Source: Spirochaetota bacterium
GTDB taxonomy: Bacteria; Spirochaetota; UBA4802; UB4802
Length of the DNA stretch: 64,000 nt
Assembly (NCBI GenBank): GCA_026414805.1
Contig: JAOAIH010000003.1
Span: forward strand, 26,314-90,313
Direction of reading: 5' to 3'
Position numbers and translations under genes: made by a program. Numbering within the stretch: position 1 is the first letter of the stretch; the number at the start of each line of letters is the position of its first letter. This document shows, in pieces, positions 9,230 to 18,871 of this stretch. The notes under the pieces were generated by a model. That model searched no databases, was not told where the DNA came from, and worked only from the letters and a program-made list of their open reading frames with translations.

Positions 9230-11197
9230 TTAACTCAGTTTTACTCGTGTTAACCACCAGTCAGAATAACCACTTAGTGGGTCTAATGCATCTGACATTA
9301 TGGGTTTTGGGTTAACACCTTTTTGGCTACCATATTCAGTCAGTTCTTCATGACCTAAACCAATAGGCACCGCAACCGTATCATAGGCAACCCGTTTTGT
9401 TAGATGTACTCTAACTGTTTCAAGTTCACCACGGGAAGATTCAATATCAATTTTGGAGCCTTCGGAAATCCCTTCTTTTGATGCTGTAACTGGATTCATC
9501 CATACCCAGCTTGTGTCGCCTTTTAAGATGGTATCTGGTAATCCTTTTAATACATAAGGAAGCGCCAGACCATTCCCTTCGCCAATTGTTGGTATTTCAA
9601 AAGGTACCATTGATATGGAGTAAGAACCCGAAGCTTGTAGTAATTTTTCCAATTCTTCAAGTTTTGCAGTTATGATATCTACAGGAATTTCCAAATTAGC
9701 AACATTTTTAGCCTGAAAGCTAACAACTTTGATAGTATCAAGATAACTATTCCATGGGAATTGAGCTGATATATTAGGTACATTTTTGGCAATTGCAAGT
9801 AGTGAATCTCCTGCATGTTTTGCTTCAAATTTGGCTGATACCGCTTGCCCATTGTATGGGATTTCAAGTGAAGTGAGTGTAGGAAAGACATAGTCAGCAT
9901 ATAATGCAGTATCATTAAGTAAAGAAGTGAACAACACTACAGTTGAAGCTTTTTTTAGTTTATCAGAAAGACGCTGCCCATAAACACTTGAATAAACCGG
10001 ATTGGCATTGTTTATCAGTACTATATCACAAGTCATATCGCTTGCAATATATTCATCAAGACCTTTGGTCTTTTTTGCAATAGCGGGTTTTGGAGGTGTT
10101 GTAAATGTAACAACCTTAACACTGTTGCCTAAACTACCAATCATACTGTTAATGGTTTGTATTATGGCAAATTCAGCAACTGAAGATGATACAACCTTTC
10201 CACCTTTACCTGCTACTGCAACCGGCCTGCGTGCATGTACTAAAGCTTTTGCAACAGACTCAATTGTTTCAAGTGATGCACCAGTAAGTTCGGATACCTT
10301 TTCGGGGGTGAATTTATTTATTAAAAGTTCAGTAAATCTTCCAAAATTTGTAGCCCCCGATCGCTTGCCATTCTTGAGCAAGTAATGTGCAACACCCATA
10401 GCAAAAATTGCTTCACTACCTGGTTTTACTGCAACCCACTGATCAGCCAATGAAGCAGTACGTGTTGCTATTGAATCAACCTGTATAAATTTAACATTCT
10501 TTTGTTTCCAGATATTTAATACACTATGCATTCTACCAGGATTACCCCAACCTTCAAAAAGGCGGGCACCAAAACTTACTACGCAATCAGCATTTTCAAA
10601 ATCATAGTCGATAGCTCCTTCAGTTTTCTGGGTTGCTACTGAACAGGCATTACTCAGAGCCCAATATCCAGCTTCCTGGTATACATGAGGACTTCCTGCA
10701 AATAGTACTATTCGCTCATTTAGCATTGATGTGGCGTCAGGGAATGCTGGGTTTATTGCAACAATCTGGTCTTGCTTCTTGTTATTAATGGCATCATTTA
10801 TTTTCTTTGAGATATCTGCTATAGCAGTTTCCCAGGAAACCGGCTCAAAATCAATTTTTCCTTTTTTACCGGTTCGTTTTAATGGAGTTTTAACACGTTC
10901 TGGATGGTAAAGAACCTGTAATAGAAGCTGTCCTGCAGCACACCCTTGATTAGATGTTTCAATTTTAACTGCCCTGTTTCCAATCATCCTGACATTTACA
11001 GTACATTTGTTGGGGCATTGGTCACAGATACTTGCTAAATATTTCTCTTCACCTTTAGGAGGGCGATACTGGTCTTGGGTCCATTCCACAAGCCATTGAA
11101 GGCCCATCCATGGACCAGGTGAAATAAGAGTACCAACACCAGTACCTACAACCGCGCCGCCTATCATTGTTAAAAAATCTTTTCGTTCGAGTTTCAT
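9230..11197 (-). CDS. Molybdopterin oxidoreductase family subunit, QrcB-like
   Basis: Tat-like ERKDFL, CDQCPNKC...C cluster motif, YHPERVKTPLKR, SWETA, molydop-binding C-terminal domain. Confidence 0.8.
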   Translation of the reverse strand: MKLERKDFLTMIGGAVVGTGVGTLISPGPWMGLQWLVEWTQDQYRPPKGEEKYLASICDQCPNKCTVNVRMIGNRAVKIETSNQGCAAGQLLLQVLYHPERVKTPLKRTGKKGKIDFEPVSWETAIADISKKINDAINNKKQDQIVAINPAFPDATSMLNERIVLFAGSPHVYQEAGYWALSNACSVATQKTEGAIDYDFENADCVVSFGARLFEGWGNPGRMHSVLNIWKQKNVKFIQVDSIATRTASLADQWVAVKPGSEAIFAMGVAHYLLKNGKRSGATNFGRFTELLINKFTPEKVSELTGASLETIESVAKALVHARRPVAVAGKGGKVVSSSVAEFAIIQTINSMIGSLGNSVKVVTFTTPPKPAIAKKTKGLDEYIASDMTCDIVLINNANPVYSSVYGQRLSDKLKKASTVVLFTSLLNDTALYADYVFPTLTSLEIPYNGQAVSAKFEAKHAGDSLLAIAKNVPNISAQFPWNSYLDTIKVVSFQAKNVANLEIPVDIITAKLEELEKLLQASGSYSISMVPFEIPTIGEGNGLALPYVLKGLPDTILKGDTSWVWMNPVTASKEGISEGSKIDIESSRGELETVRVHLTKRVAYDTVAVPIGLGHEELTEYGSQKGVNPKPIMSDALDPLSGYSDWWLTRVKLS

Positions 11198-11248
11198 GGA
11201 TGTAATAACTCCTTGCTTGAATTTCGATTCAATATAAAAAAAGAATGA

Positions 11249-11767
11249 TCAATCATGACATACTGCACACGCATTGCTGATTTTTAATGCAGTGTGACAG
11301 TCCATACATACTCCCATGGCCATTTTACCCTTGATTTTTTCGGTAGTTGTTGAATTGCCCTTATCACCGTGACAAGAAACACAATATGCCTTCTTTTCAT
11401 TTTTCATCACTGCTATGTGACTAAAATACACCAGGTCGGGCTGCTGGGCAAAAGATTCCCAGGGTTTGTCATTATCTCCAAAGCCTGAAAAAAATACTTG
11501 TGTATTGACTTTGCTTGGATCATGACATTGCTTACACACAGCAACTGTGGGAATGCCATTGAATCTTCCATTGCTATCATAACTGTGGCATGTCTCACAG
11601 TCAGAAGCTCCATATTTAGTTGTATGGGTACGATGGTTGAATGGAAGAAGTTTTTTTGCCTGTACATTCATTGCATAGTCACAGGCCTGTTGAAAAACAA
11701 TAAAAGAGATGTATGCAAATATAACAAAAGGTAAGAAAAAAAGTAAAAAAGAACGTGTCCCTTTCAC
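11249..11767 (-). CDS. Membrane-anchored pentaheme cytochrome c, QrcA-like
   Basis: N-terminal TM and five CxxCH motifs (CETCH, CKQCH, CVSCH, CMDCH, CAVCH); AGGAG RBS before a GTG start. Confidence 0.85.
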   Translation of the reverse strand: MKGTRSFLLFFLPFVIFAYISFIVFQQACDYAMNVQAKKLLPFNHRTHTTKYGASDCETCHSYDSNGRFNGIPTVAVCKQCHDPSKVNTQVFFSGFGDNDKPWESFAQQPDLVYFSHIAVMKNEKKAYCVSCHGDKGNSTTTEKIKGKMAMGVCMDCHTALKISNACAVCHD

Positions 11768-11819
11768 AGACGTGCTCCTTAATCTTTATTGTAATGTAGA
11801 TACTTGTGAAAACACTTTA

Positions 11820-11848
11820 AAAAGCGTGGATTTATAATAAATCCGCCA
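11820..11848 (-). terminator. Probable terminator after metH
   Basis: GGATTTAT-A-ATAAATCC core at 11829-11845, with a T-run downstream on the minus strand. Confidence 0.45.
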
Positions 11849-11911
11849 TAATAACCTATGCGAATTCTTGTATATACAATCTTTATGTCAACAAAATTTA
11901 TAAAAAAATAT

Positions 11912-14329
11912 TTATTTAGAATTTCCTACAATCTCCTTTGCCACAGCAACTGCTTCTACAGCATCTTTCCCATAAAATGCGCCGATACTATCAGCATATT
12001 CTTTTGTGACAACAGCGCCACCAACCATTAGTTTACAGGGCAATTTTTGTGTTTTTATCTCTTTGGCAATGATACCCATATTGGGCATAGTTGTGGTTAG
12101 CAGTGAACTCAAACATACAACATCTGGTTTGTATTCATTGATTTTTTCAATGACTATCTCATTAGGTACATCTTTGCCAAGGTCAATCACATTAAACCCG
12201 TGATTTTCGAGCATCATTGCAACAATATTTTTACCAATATCGTGTATATCACCTTTAACCGTACAGATAATTATAGTTCCAAGCGATGATTCCTTCTTCT
12301 GCATCATAAGAGGCTTCAGAATAGTAAAGCCTTTCTTCATGGTATCGGCTGAAGCAATCATCTGTGGGAGGAAATATTCACCTTTGCTGTATAATTCACC
12401 TACTTTTTCAAGTGCAGCTATCAATGCATCATTCATTATTGTATCAGGGCTGTACTGGGTAAGTGCTTCTTTTACTGCTAGTTCTATATCATCAATATTT
12501 CCTTCTACAACAAGTGCAAAAATCCTTTCAAGTATGTTTACAACGTTAGCTTGCTGTTGGGTGTTTTGCTGAGCAGTGCCAAAGTATGCAATATAGTGTG
12601 ATGCATTCTTATCTCTTCCTTCAAGAAAATCCAGTGCAAGCATTTCTTCAGTGGAAAAAGGTTTTGTAATATTGGTATCGATAGCTACGGGATTCACTAT
12701 GGCAGCATACAATCCCCTTTGCAGCGCTAATTTTAAAAATGCATTGTTGATAAATTTTCTCTGTGGTAATCCAAAAGATATATTGCTTAATCCAATACTT
12801 GTTTTAATCCCCATTTGGGCAAAGTGTTCAATAACTTTTAAGGTTTCTATGGCTGCACCGCTTTCTGCGCTTTCGGCCAAAATAAGCGGGTCAATAAAAA
12901 TTCGTGACAGGGCAATACCATTTTGTTGCAGTGCATCAATGAGTTTTTCGCCAATCGCAATACGTTTTTTTGCATCTTTGTGAATCCCGCTTTCATCTAA
13001 GCACATTGCTATAACAAAGCCGCCAAATTTCTTTAACAGTGGCAACATTGCCTCAAAGCTTTGTTTCTTAGCACTGATGGAATTAATAATTGGTATACCG
13101 GGGTATTGCCACAGTGCAGCTTGGGTCACCGCAGGGTTATCTGAGTCTATCATAAGAGGAATGGTCACGGTATTGGTCAGTACATTTACTGCTTTTTTCA
13201 TCAGAGCAACTTCATCAATGCCGGGAACACCAACATTAATATCTAAGCAATGGGCACCTTCCTCCTGCTGCTTTTTGGATTCATTTCGTAAAAATGTAAA
13301 TGTATTTTCTTTCAATTCAGTAGCAAACTGTTTACGAGCTGTTGGATTTAAACGTTCACCAATGATGAGTAATCCATTATGGGTGGTTGTATTAATATTG
13401 GTATATCTGCTGGTGATATAATAGTAGCTTTTTTTATTATTAATTTTTATAAGAATGTTTTTCACAGAAGTTGATAGTGCCTGAATATGCTGGGGCGTAG
13501 TGCCACAGCAACCACCTATAATTGAAAAGCCCATTTTAGCAAATTCAGCTGAAAGCTGAGCAAAGCGTTTGGGTGAAAGGCTATACACCGCTTTTCCATC
13601 AATTAACTCAGGCAGCCCGGCATTAGCCCATACTGAAAGGGGAACACCAAGTTCATGTAGCTGGGCGATAGCTCCTTTGAAAAGCTCAAGGAGACCATCA
13701 GGTCCCATGCTGCAATTAGCCCCCACCACATCTGCACCCATCTGTGACAGTGTGGCCAGCGCTGTAATGATATCAGTGCCGGTGACCGTTTTACCATTTG
13801 ACTCAAACGTCATGCTGCAGATAACAGGAATATCCGTCACATCCTTTGCAGCAAGAAGTGCAAGGCGTGCTTCCTGTAAATCTGTCATTGTTTCAATAGC
13901 AATACAGTCAACACCACCTGCTACAAGGCCAGTAATCTGGCGTTTGAATGCACTGTATACGGTTTCAGCCGGTGTCAAGCCCATTGGTTCCACAAGAGTT
14001 CCTGTTGGGCCAACTGATCCTGCAACAAATGCCTTGTCCCCAGCAACTTCTTTTGCAATTTTTGCTGCAGCTTTGTTAATCTCTTCGCATTGGCTGTCTA
14101 AACCTGCTTCGTGCAATTTTAACGCATTTCCACCAAATGTATTGGTTTCAATTATATCAGCACCGGCTTCAATATACTTTTTATGTATCAATGCTATTAC
14201 ATCTGGGCGTTCAAGGTTAAGTAATTCAAGGTTACCCTTGTATTCGGGCAATGCATTAAACAACATAGTGCCCATCGCACCATCCATAACAAGTGGATAG
14301 GGCTTCAATAAGCGTTTTTGAAAGTTCAC
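11912..14329 (-). CDS. metH: Cobalamin-dependent methionine synthase lacking the C-terminal reactivation domain
   Basis: DGAMGT, TNTFG, GANC, GGCCGT, IGERLN, SNISFGLP, KGDIHDIGKNIV; the GTG at 14329 follows an AAAGGA RBS, whereas the ORF-track start at 14386 lies inside a terminator. Confidence 0.9.
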   Translation of the reverse strand: MNFQKRLLKPYPLVMDGAMGTMLFNALPEYKGNLELLNLERPDVIALIHKKYIEAGADIIETNTFGGNALKLHEAGLDSQCEEINKAAAKIAKEVAGDKAFVAGSVGPTGTLVEPMGLTPAETVYSAFKRQITGLVAGGVDCIAIETMTDLQEARLALLAAKDVTDIPVICSMTFESNGKTVTGTDIITALATLSQMGADVVGANCSMGPDGLLELFKGAIAQLHELGVPLSVWANAGLPELIDGKAVYSLSPKRFAQLSAEFAKMGFSIIGGCCGTTPQHIQALSTSVKNILIKINNKKSYYYITSRYTNINTTTHNGLLIIGERLNPTARKQFATELKENTFTFLRNESKKQQEEGAHCLDINVGVPGIDEVALMKKAVNVLTNTVTIPLMIDSDNPAVTQAALWQYPGIPIINSISAKKQSFEAMLPLLKKFGGFVIAMCLDESGIHKDAKKRIAIGEKLIDALQQNGIALSRIFIDPLILAESAESGAAIETLKVIEHFAQMGIKTSIGLSNISFGLPQRKFINNAFLKLALQRGLYAAIVNPVAIDTNITKPFSTEEMLALDFLEGRDKNASHYIAYFGTAQQNTQQQANVVNILERIFALVVEGNIDDIELAVKEALTQYSPDTIMNDALIAALEKVGELYSKGEYFLPQMIASADTMKKGFTILKPLMMQKKESSLGTIIICTVKGDIHDIGKNIVAMMLENHGFNVIDLGKDVPNEIVIEKINEYKPDVVCLSSLLTTTMPNMGIIAKEIKTQKLPCKLMVGGAVVTKEYADSIGAFYGKDAVEAVAVAKEIVGNSK

Positions 14330-14364
14330 TGCTATGTACCATCCTTTAGGTATATATGGGTTGT

Positions 14365-14395
14365 AAAAAATAACCCCTTGCTTCAAGGGGTTATT
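14365..14395 (-). terminator. Intrinsic terminator between plsC and metH
   Basis: AATAACCCCTTG-CTT-CAAGGGGTTATT 12-bp stem followed by TTTTTT on the minus strand. Confidence 0.75.
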
Positions 14396-14446
14396 AATAT
14401 GAACTATCGCACAATAAAAAAATAAAACAAAATTTACAACACATTT

Positions 14447-15187
14447 TTATGAAGTAAGCTTACTCTGAATTACTGATCTGACTTTTTCCATAAGTTCTTC
14501 TTTGTTTTCCTGAGAATAGCCGGTAACATCAATTGGAGGGTGAATTATGAGGTCGATAGTACCCGGGCGAATGGCCATGCTCCCTTTTGGAAGTATAGCC
14601 CGCGAGCCTATACCAGTGATAGGCAGAATTGGAACACGTGATTCTATGGCAATGACAAACCCCCCTTTTTTGAAAGGAAGAAGCTTGCCGTCGGGGCTAC
14701 GAGTGCCTTCAGGGAAAAATACCACAGACGCACCATTGCGTATTTTTTCGCCAGCAGCTTTGAGGCTTTCGCGCGCCTGCTGTGAATCACCACGATCTAT
14801 ATAGATGTGTCCCATACGTTCACATCCCAAACCAAAGATGGGAATTTTTCGCAACTCCATTTTCATAACCCAGCGCAGTTGTAGCGGTATATAGCCAATA
14901 GCAGCCCACACATCATAGTGACTTTGATGGTTCATCATTACAATGTAGGGTTGCCCTTTTTGTATATACTCCTTATTGTGGACGCGCACACGTACTCCTG
15001 AAAGGAAAAGATTAAGGCGCGACCAGAATACACCAATATAATGAATAGTATTACCTGTTGGGTCAAAGAATGAAAGTAGTATAGTGATAATACCCAAAAT
15101 GGTGGTATCTGCAATAACCAAAAGGTAAAACACTGGTCTGTAAATAAAGAATAATATTTCAATCAAGGCATTTATAGCTTTATTCAT
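14447..15187 (-). CDS. plsC: 1-acyl-sn-glycerol-3-phosphate acyltransferase
   Basis: NHQSHYD, FFPEGTRS, FKKGGF. Confidence 0.9.
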   Translation of the reverse strand: MNKAINALIEILFFIYRPVFYLLVIADTTILGIITILLSFFDPTGNTIHYIGVFWSRLNLFLSGVRVRVHNKEYIQKGQPYIVMMNHQSHYDVWAAIGYIPLQLRWVMKMELRKIPIFGLGCERMGHIYIDRGDSQQARESLKAAGEKIRNGASVVFFPEGTRSPDGKLLPFKKGGFVIAIESRVPILPITGIGSRAILPKGSMAIRPGTIDLIIHPPIDVTGYSQENKEELMEKVRSVIQSKLTS

Positions 15188-15216
15188 TATCTACAACCTC
15201 CTCAGAAATTTAAAAC

Positions 15217-16707
15217 TTATAAAGAAATTTCTGGCCGTCTATTAAACCATGGTTTTGCTTTTTCCAGTTGTGCTGCTAATCTAAGCAACAAGTCCTCTCT
15301 ACCAAATGCTGCCATGAACTGTACACCGTATGGCAATCCATCAGGCCCCCAGTGCAGAGGCACTGACATTGCTGGAATACCCGTTAAATTTGCAAGTTGC
15401 GTGAATGGAACCTGTGACAGGCTCTGCACTGCAAGCTGGTCAACAATACCTGATGCCTTTAATACTCCTCCAAGGCCTAAAATGTTCATAATCTTGGATG
15501 CAAAAAGTTCAATTGGTTTAGGAGCAAGTGATCCAACAGGTGCAGGGGGCTGTGCCGTTGTTGGTGTCATGTACACATCGTACTTTAAAAAGAATTGACC
15601 CATTGCACGTGCTGCTATGTTCCATTGGCGCAGTGCCATTACAAAATCACCAGCGCTATACGTTCTTCCTAATAGGCCTAATGTCCAGGTTATTACTTCT
15701 ACATCGCTTAATTTTGGTTTACGTTTTAATTTTATTCCAATGGTTTCTATATCTGCTGCAACTTCGCCAAAGTAGAGCATAAGGTAGCTTTTTGCAAGTG
15801 CCAAGCCATCAATGTTGGGTTTATCAATTTCAACGTGATGCCCAAGCGTTTCGCAAAGCTTTGCAGCTTCTAATGCAGCATTTTTACATTCAGGGTGGAC
15901 TTTGGTACCTATTGGCGATTCAGTTGAAATTGCTATTTTAAGTTTTCCCGGTGATTTTTGTATTTCCCGGGTATAGGGCATTTTTGGCCTTTCAATGACA
16001 TACGGTGCACCGGGGTCAGAGCCTTGCAGAATATCAAGGATTGCAGCACTATCACGCACCGAACGGGTAAGCACATGTTCAACCGCAGCCCCCTGCCAAA
16101 CCTGGCCATATTCAGGGCCTGCTGGTACACGCCCTCTAGATGGTTTAAGGCCAAACAATCCACAGTATGCCGATGGTATGCGTATGGAACCGCCACCATC
16201 TCCGCCGCCTGCAATTGGCACCATACCGCTTGCAACAGCAGCAGCAGAACCACCGCTTGATCCACCCGGTGTCAAAGCTGTATTCCATGGATTGCGTGTG
16301 GCCCCAAAGATCTGAGGCTCAGTATAAGCAACCAGCCCAAATTCAGGTGTATTCGTTTTGCCTAAGATGGCAAGCCCAGCTTTTTTGTAGCGTGCTGCCA
16401 CCTCACTGTCAAAGTCGGGGATATAGTTCATATATGCTCTGCACCCACTTGTCATTCTTACACCCTTGAGTGTTGTTAACAAATCCTTAACCAAAAAAGG
16501 CACACCATAGAATGGTCCCTTTGGCAAATCTTTGATGATTGCATCCACATTATCATATAGAGGCGTAATTACTGCATTGATAGAAGGATTAATTTTTTCA
16601 ATGCGCTGAATAGCCTCTGTGATCACTTCTTTGGGTAATACTTTCTTCTTTTTTATGAGTTCTGCTAAACCAGTAGCATCATATCTATCGTATTCTTTGA
16701 ATGTCAT
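15217..16707 (-). CDS. Amidase signature family protein
   Basis: GVPFLVKDL, GKTNTPEFG, GGSSGGSAAAVA, DGGGSIRIP. Confidence 0.9.
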   Translation of the reverse strand: MTFKEYDRYDATGLAELIKKKKVLPKEVITEAIQRIEKINPSINAVITPLYDNVDAIIKDLPKGPFYGVPFLVKDLLTTLKGVRMTSGCRAYMNYIPDFDSEVAARYKKAGLAILGKTNTPEFGLVAYTEPQIFGATRNPWNTALTPGGSSGGSAAAVASGMVPIAGGGDGGGSIRIPSAYCGLFGLKPSRGRVPAGPEYGQVWQGAAVEHVLTRSVRDSAAILDILQGSDPGAPYVIERPKMPYTREIQKSPGKLKIAISTESPIGTKVHPECKNAALEAAKLCETLGHHVEIDKPNIDGLALAKSYLMLYFGEVAADIETIGIKLKRKPKLSDVEVITWTLGLLGRTYSAGDFVMALRQWNIAARAMGQFFLKYDVYMTPTTAQPPAPVGSLAPKPIELFASKIMNILGLGGVLKASGIVDQLAVQSLSQVPFTQLANLTGIPAMSVPLHWGPDGLPYGVQFMAAFGREDLLLRLAAQLEKAKPWFNRRPEISL

Positions 16708-16900
16708 TAACTACCTCCAATTATTGGATAACCATCCAATGTATAATAAAAAAATAATGAAATTCTAAAATTTCATTTTGTTATTACCAATGGTAAACAA
16801 AATAAATGATGTTGTCAATAAGTAATTTAAAGTAAAAAATGAAAATTAACTATTATTTAAATTTAGAGATGCATTATGATCAACTTTTCAAAATCATATA

Positions 16901-16929
16901 TTGACATTAAAAATTAAATGTGGTATATT
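16901..16929 (+). promoter_or_regulatory. Sigma-70-type promoter for def-fmt
   Basis: TTGACA-N17-TATATT with an extended TG, 35 nt upstream of the def start. Confidence 0.65.
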
Positions 16930-16963
16930 ATTACAATTATTATACTAAACATGTGAGATAGTT

Positions 16964-17479
16964 ATGGTAACAGGCACACAGCATACATTAGTCTATTATG
17001 GTAATCAGACCTTGCGGACGCCAGCTCAAGAAGTGAATCAAATAACCCAGATGGTTCGCGATCTTGTTGATGAGATGTTTGATATAATGCATAGGGAGCA
17101 GGGCATTGGATTAGCTGCGCCTCAAATTGATGTACCATTACAGCTTATAGTAATTGATATACGTTCAAGTAAAGGGCCGATGATGGCACTTGTCAATCCC
17201 AGGATAACATCATTTTCAGATGAAAAAGATGGTTATGAAGAAGGCTGCCTTTCACTCCCTGGTATTACTGCAGAGGTTATACGCCCTGTTTCAATTCAGG
17301 TTGAAGGTATTGCAATTAACGAAAAGCCAGTTAAGTTTGAAGCTACAGGTCTTCTGGCACGTGTACTGCAGCATGAGATAGACCACTTAAACGGAAAACT
17401 ATTTATAGATTATTTAGAGGATTATAAACGTAAAGAATTAAGTTGGCAGTTGAAAAAGATAAAAAAACTTAACAGGTAA
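16964..17479 (+). CDS. def: Peptide deformylase
   Basis: GIGLAAPQ, EGCLS, QHEIDHLNG. Confidence 0.97.
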   Translation: MVTGTQHTLVYYGNQTLRTPAQEVNQITQMVRDLVDEMFDIMHREQGIGLAAPQIDVPLQLIVIDIRSSKGPMMALVNPRITSFSDEKDGYEEGCLSLPGITAEVIRPVSIQVEGIAINEKPVKFEATGLLARVLQHEIDHLNGKLFIDYLEDYKRKELSWQLKKIKKLNR

Positions 17480-17481
17480 TA

Positions 17482-18414
17482 ATGAAAATTGGCTTTTTTG
17501 GAACTCCTGAAATAGCTGCGTTTTGTTTTGAGCATCTTATAAAGTATTATGAGATAGCATTTGCTGTTACATCGCCTGATAAACCAAAAGGCCGTGGAAA
17601 ACACATGACACCACCTCCCGTAAAAGAAAAAGCAATTGCTCATGGCATACCGTGTTTTCAGCCTGTGACATTAAAAGATGAAACACTCAGAGAAACATTA
17701 TTGCAGTTTAATTGTGAGATATTTGTTGTGGTTGCATACGGAAAGCTTATTCCGCAATCAATCTTTTCTATTCCACCGCATGGTACAATAAATCTACATC
17801 CATCGCTATTACCAAAATATCGTGGTGCAGCACCAGTTGAGTGGGCACTGTATAACGGTGAACAGCAGACAGGGGTAACGGTGCAGCTTATTAACCAAGA
17901 GCTTGATGCTGGCGACATTGTGCTTCAATCACCAGTAACTATCGCCCCCGATGATACTGCGCAGGATGTGTACGATAAAATTTTGCCGATTGGGGTTGAT
18001 TTGCTCATAAAAGCTATCAATGGGTTGCATGATGGTACAATTACGCCAGTGCCTCAGGATCATTCACAGGCTACTTACTGTGGTAAAATTACCAGTGAAA
18101 CAGCACATATTAACTGGAATATGTCAGCAAGGTCTATTCATAACCTTGTGCGTGCATTTAATCCCAAACCGGTTGCATGGACAACATTTCGCGGCAAAAT
18201 TATTAAAATATGGAAAACGGCAGTTGGCGATAGCTCATATAATTATCCCACTGCACAGCCGGGTACTTTGATACATCAGGCAAAGCGACTATTTGTATGC
18301 ACTGGCGATGGAACTTTGGAGGTGCTCATTTTGCAGCCTGAGACAAAAAAGCCGATGGATGCAGCTGCGTTTTTAAATGGCTATCGATTACAGGAGAAGG
18401 ATGCATTTATTTAA
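17482..18414 (+). CDS. fmt: Methionyl-tRNA formyltransferase
   Basis: [34 protein letters not shown]. Confidence 0.97.
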   Translation: MKIGFFGTPEIAAFCFEHLIKYYEIAFAVTSPDKPKGRGKHMTPPPVKEKAIAHGIPCFQPVTLKDETLRETLLQFNCEIFVVVAYGKLIPQSIFSIPPHGTINLHPSLLPKYRGAAPVEWALYNGEQQTGVTVQLINQELDAGDIVLQSPVTIAPDDTAQDVYDKILPIGVDLLIKAINGLHDGTITPVPQDHSQATYCGKITSETAHINWNMSARSIHNLVRAFNPKPVAWTTFRGKIIKIWKTAVGDSSYNYPTAQPGTLIHQAKRLFVCTGDGTLEVLILQPETKKPMDAAAFLNGYRLQEKDAFI

Positions 18415-18419
18415 AACGT

Positions 18420-18767
18420 ATGGGTGACAGGCCAAAAAAATTTAAACCTAAAGATCACCATTTTGCCGATTCTGTTTTTTCTGACATGGAAACTCACATA
18501 AAGCGTGAAAAACAAAAAGCACGTCAGTTGCGACATTCATCATGGTGGAAAAACAAGATAGCTACAGGCATATGTTATTATTGTGGAAGGAAATTTAAGC
18601 CATCAGAACTTACGATGGATCATGTAATACCATTGTCACGTGGTGGACATTCAGAAAAAATAAATATAGTAGCCTGCTGTAAAGAATGTAACACAAAGAA
18701 AAAATCACTGCTGCCTGTTGAATGGGAAGAATATATTCAAAATTTAAAAAAAATTGGTTTGCCGTAA
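18420..18767 (+). CDS. Small HNH endonuclease
   Basis: CYYC...[12 protein letters not shown]...[10 protein letters not shown]. Confidence 0.9.
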   Translation: MGDRPKKFKPKDHHFADSVFSDMETHIKREKQKARQLRHSSWWKNKIATGICYYCGRKFKPSELTMDHVIPLSRGGHSEKINIVACCKECNTKKKSLLPVEWEEYIQNLKKIGLP

Positions 18768-18871
18768 AATTGTTATTGCTCTTTTTGCAATAGTCTCCTA
18801 CAATAATGCAAAAATTAATTAAATTAAATAGCATAAATAGTAAAAATAACATCTTTTGAGTAAAAATAATT

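Noticed and set aside
11804-11821. Possible Rex operator (TTGTGAA...) upstream of the qrcA-like gene
   Set aside because: Only the left half-site matches.
13569-14300. 243-aa plus-strand ORF
   Set aside because: Lies wholly antisense to metH and reads as a shadow ORF (Ser/Pro/Ala-rich, no motifs).
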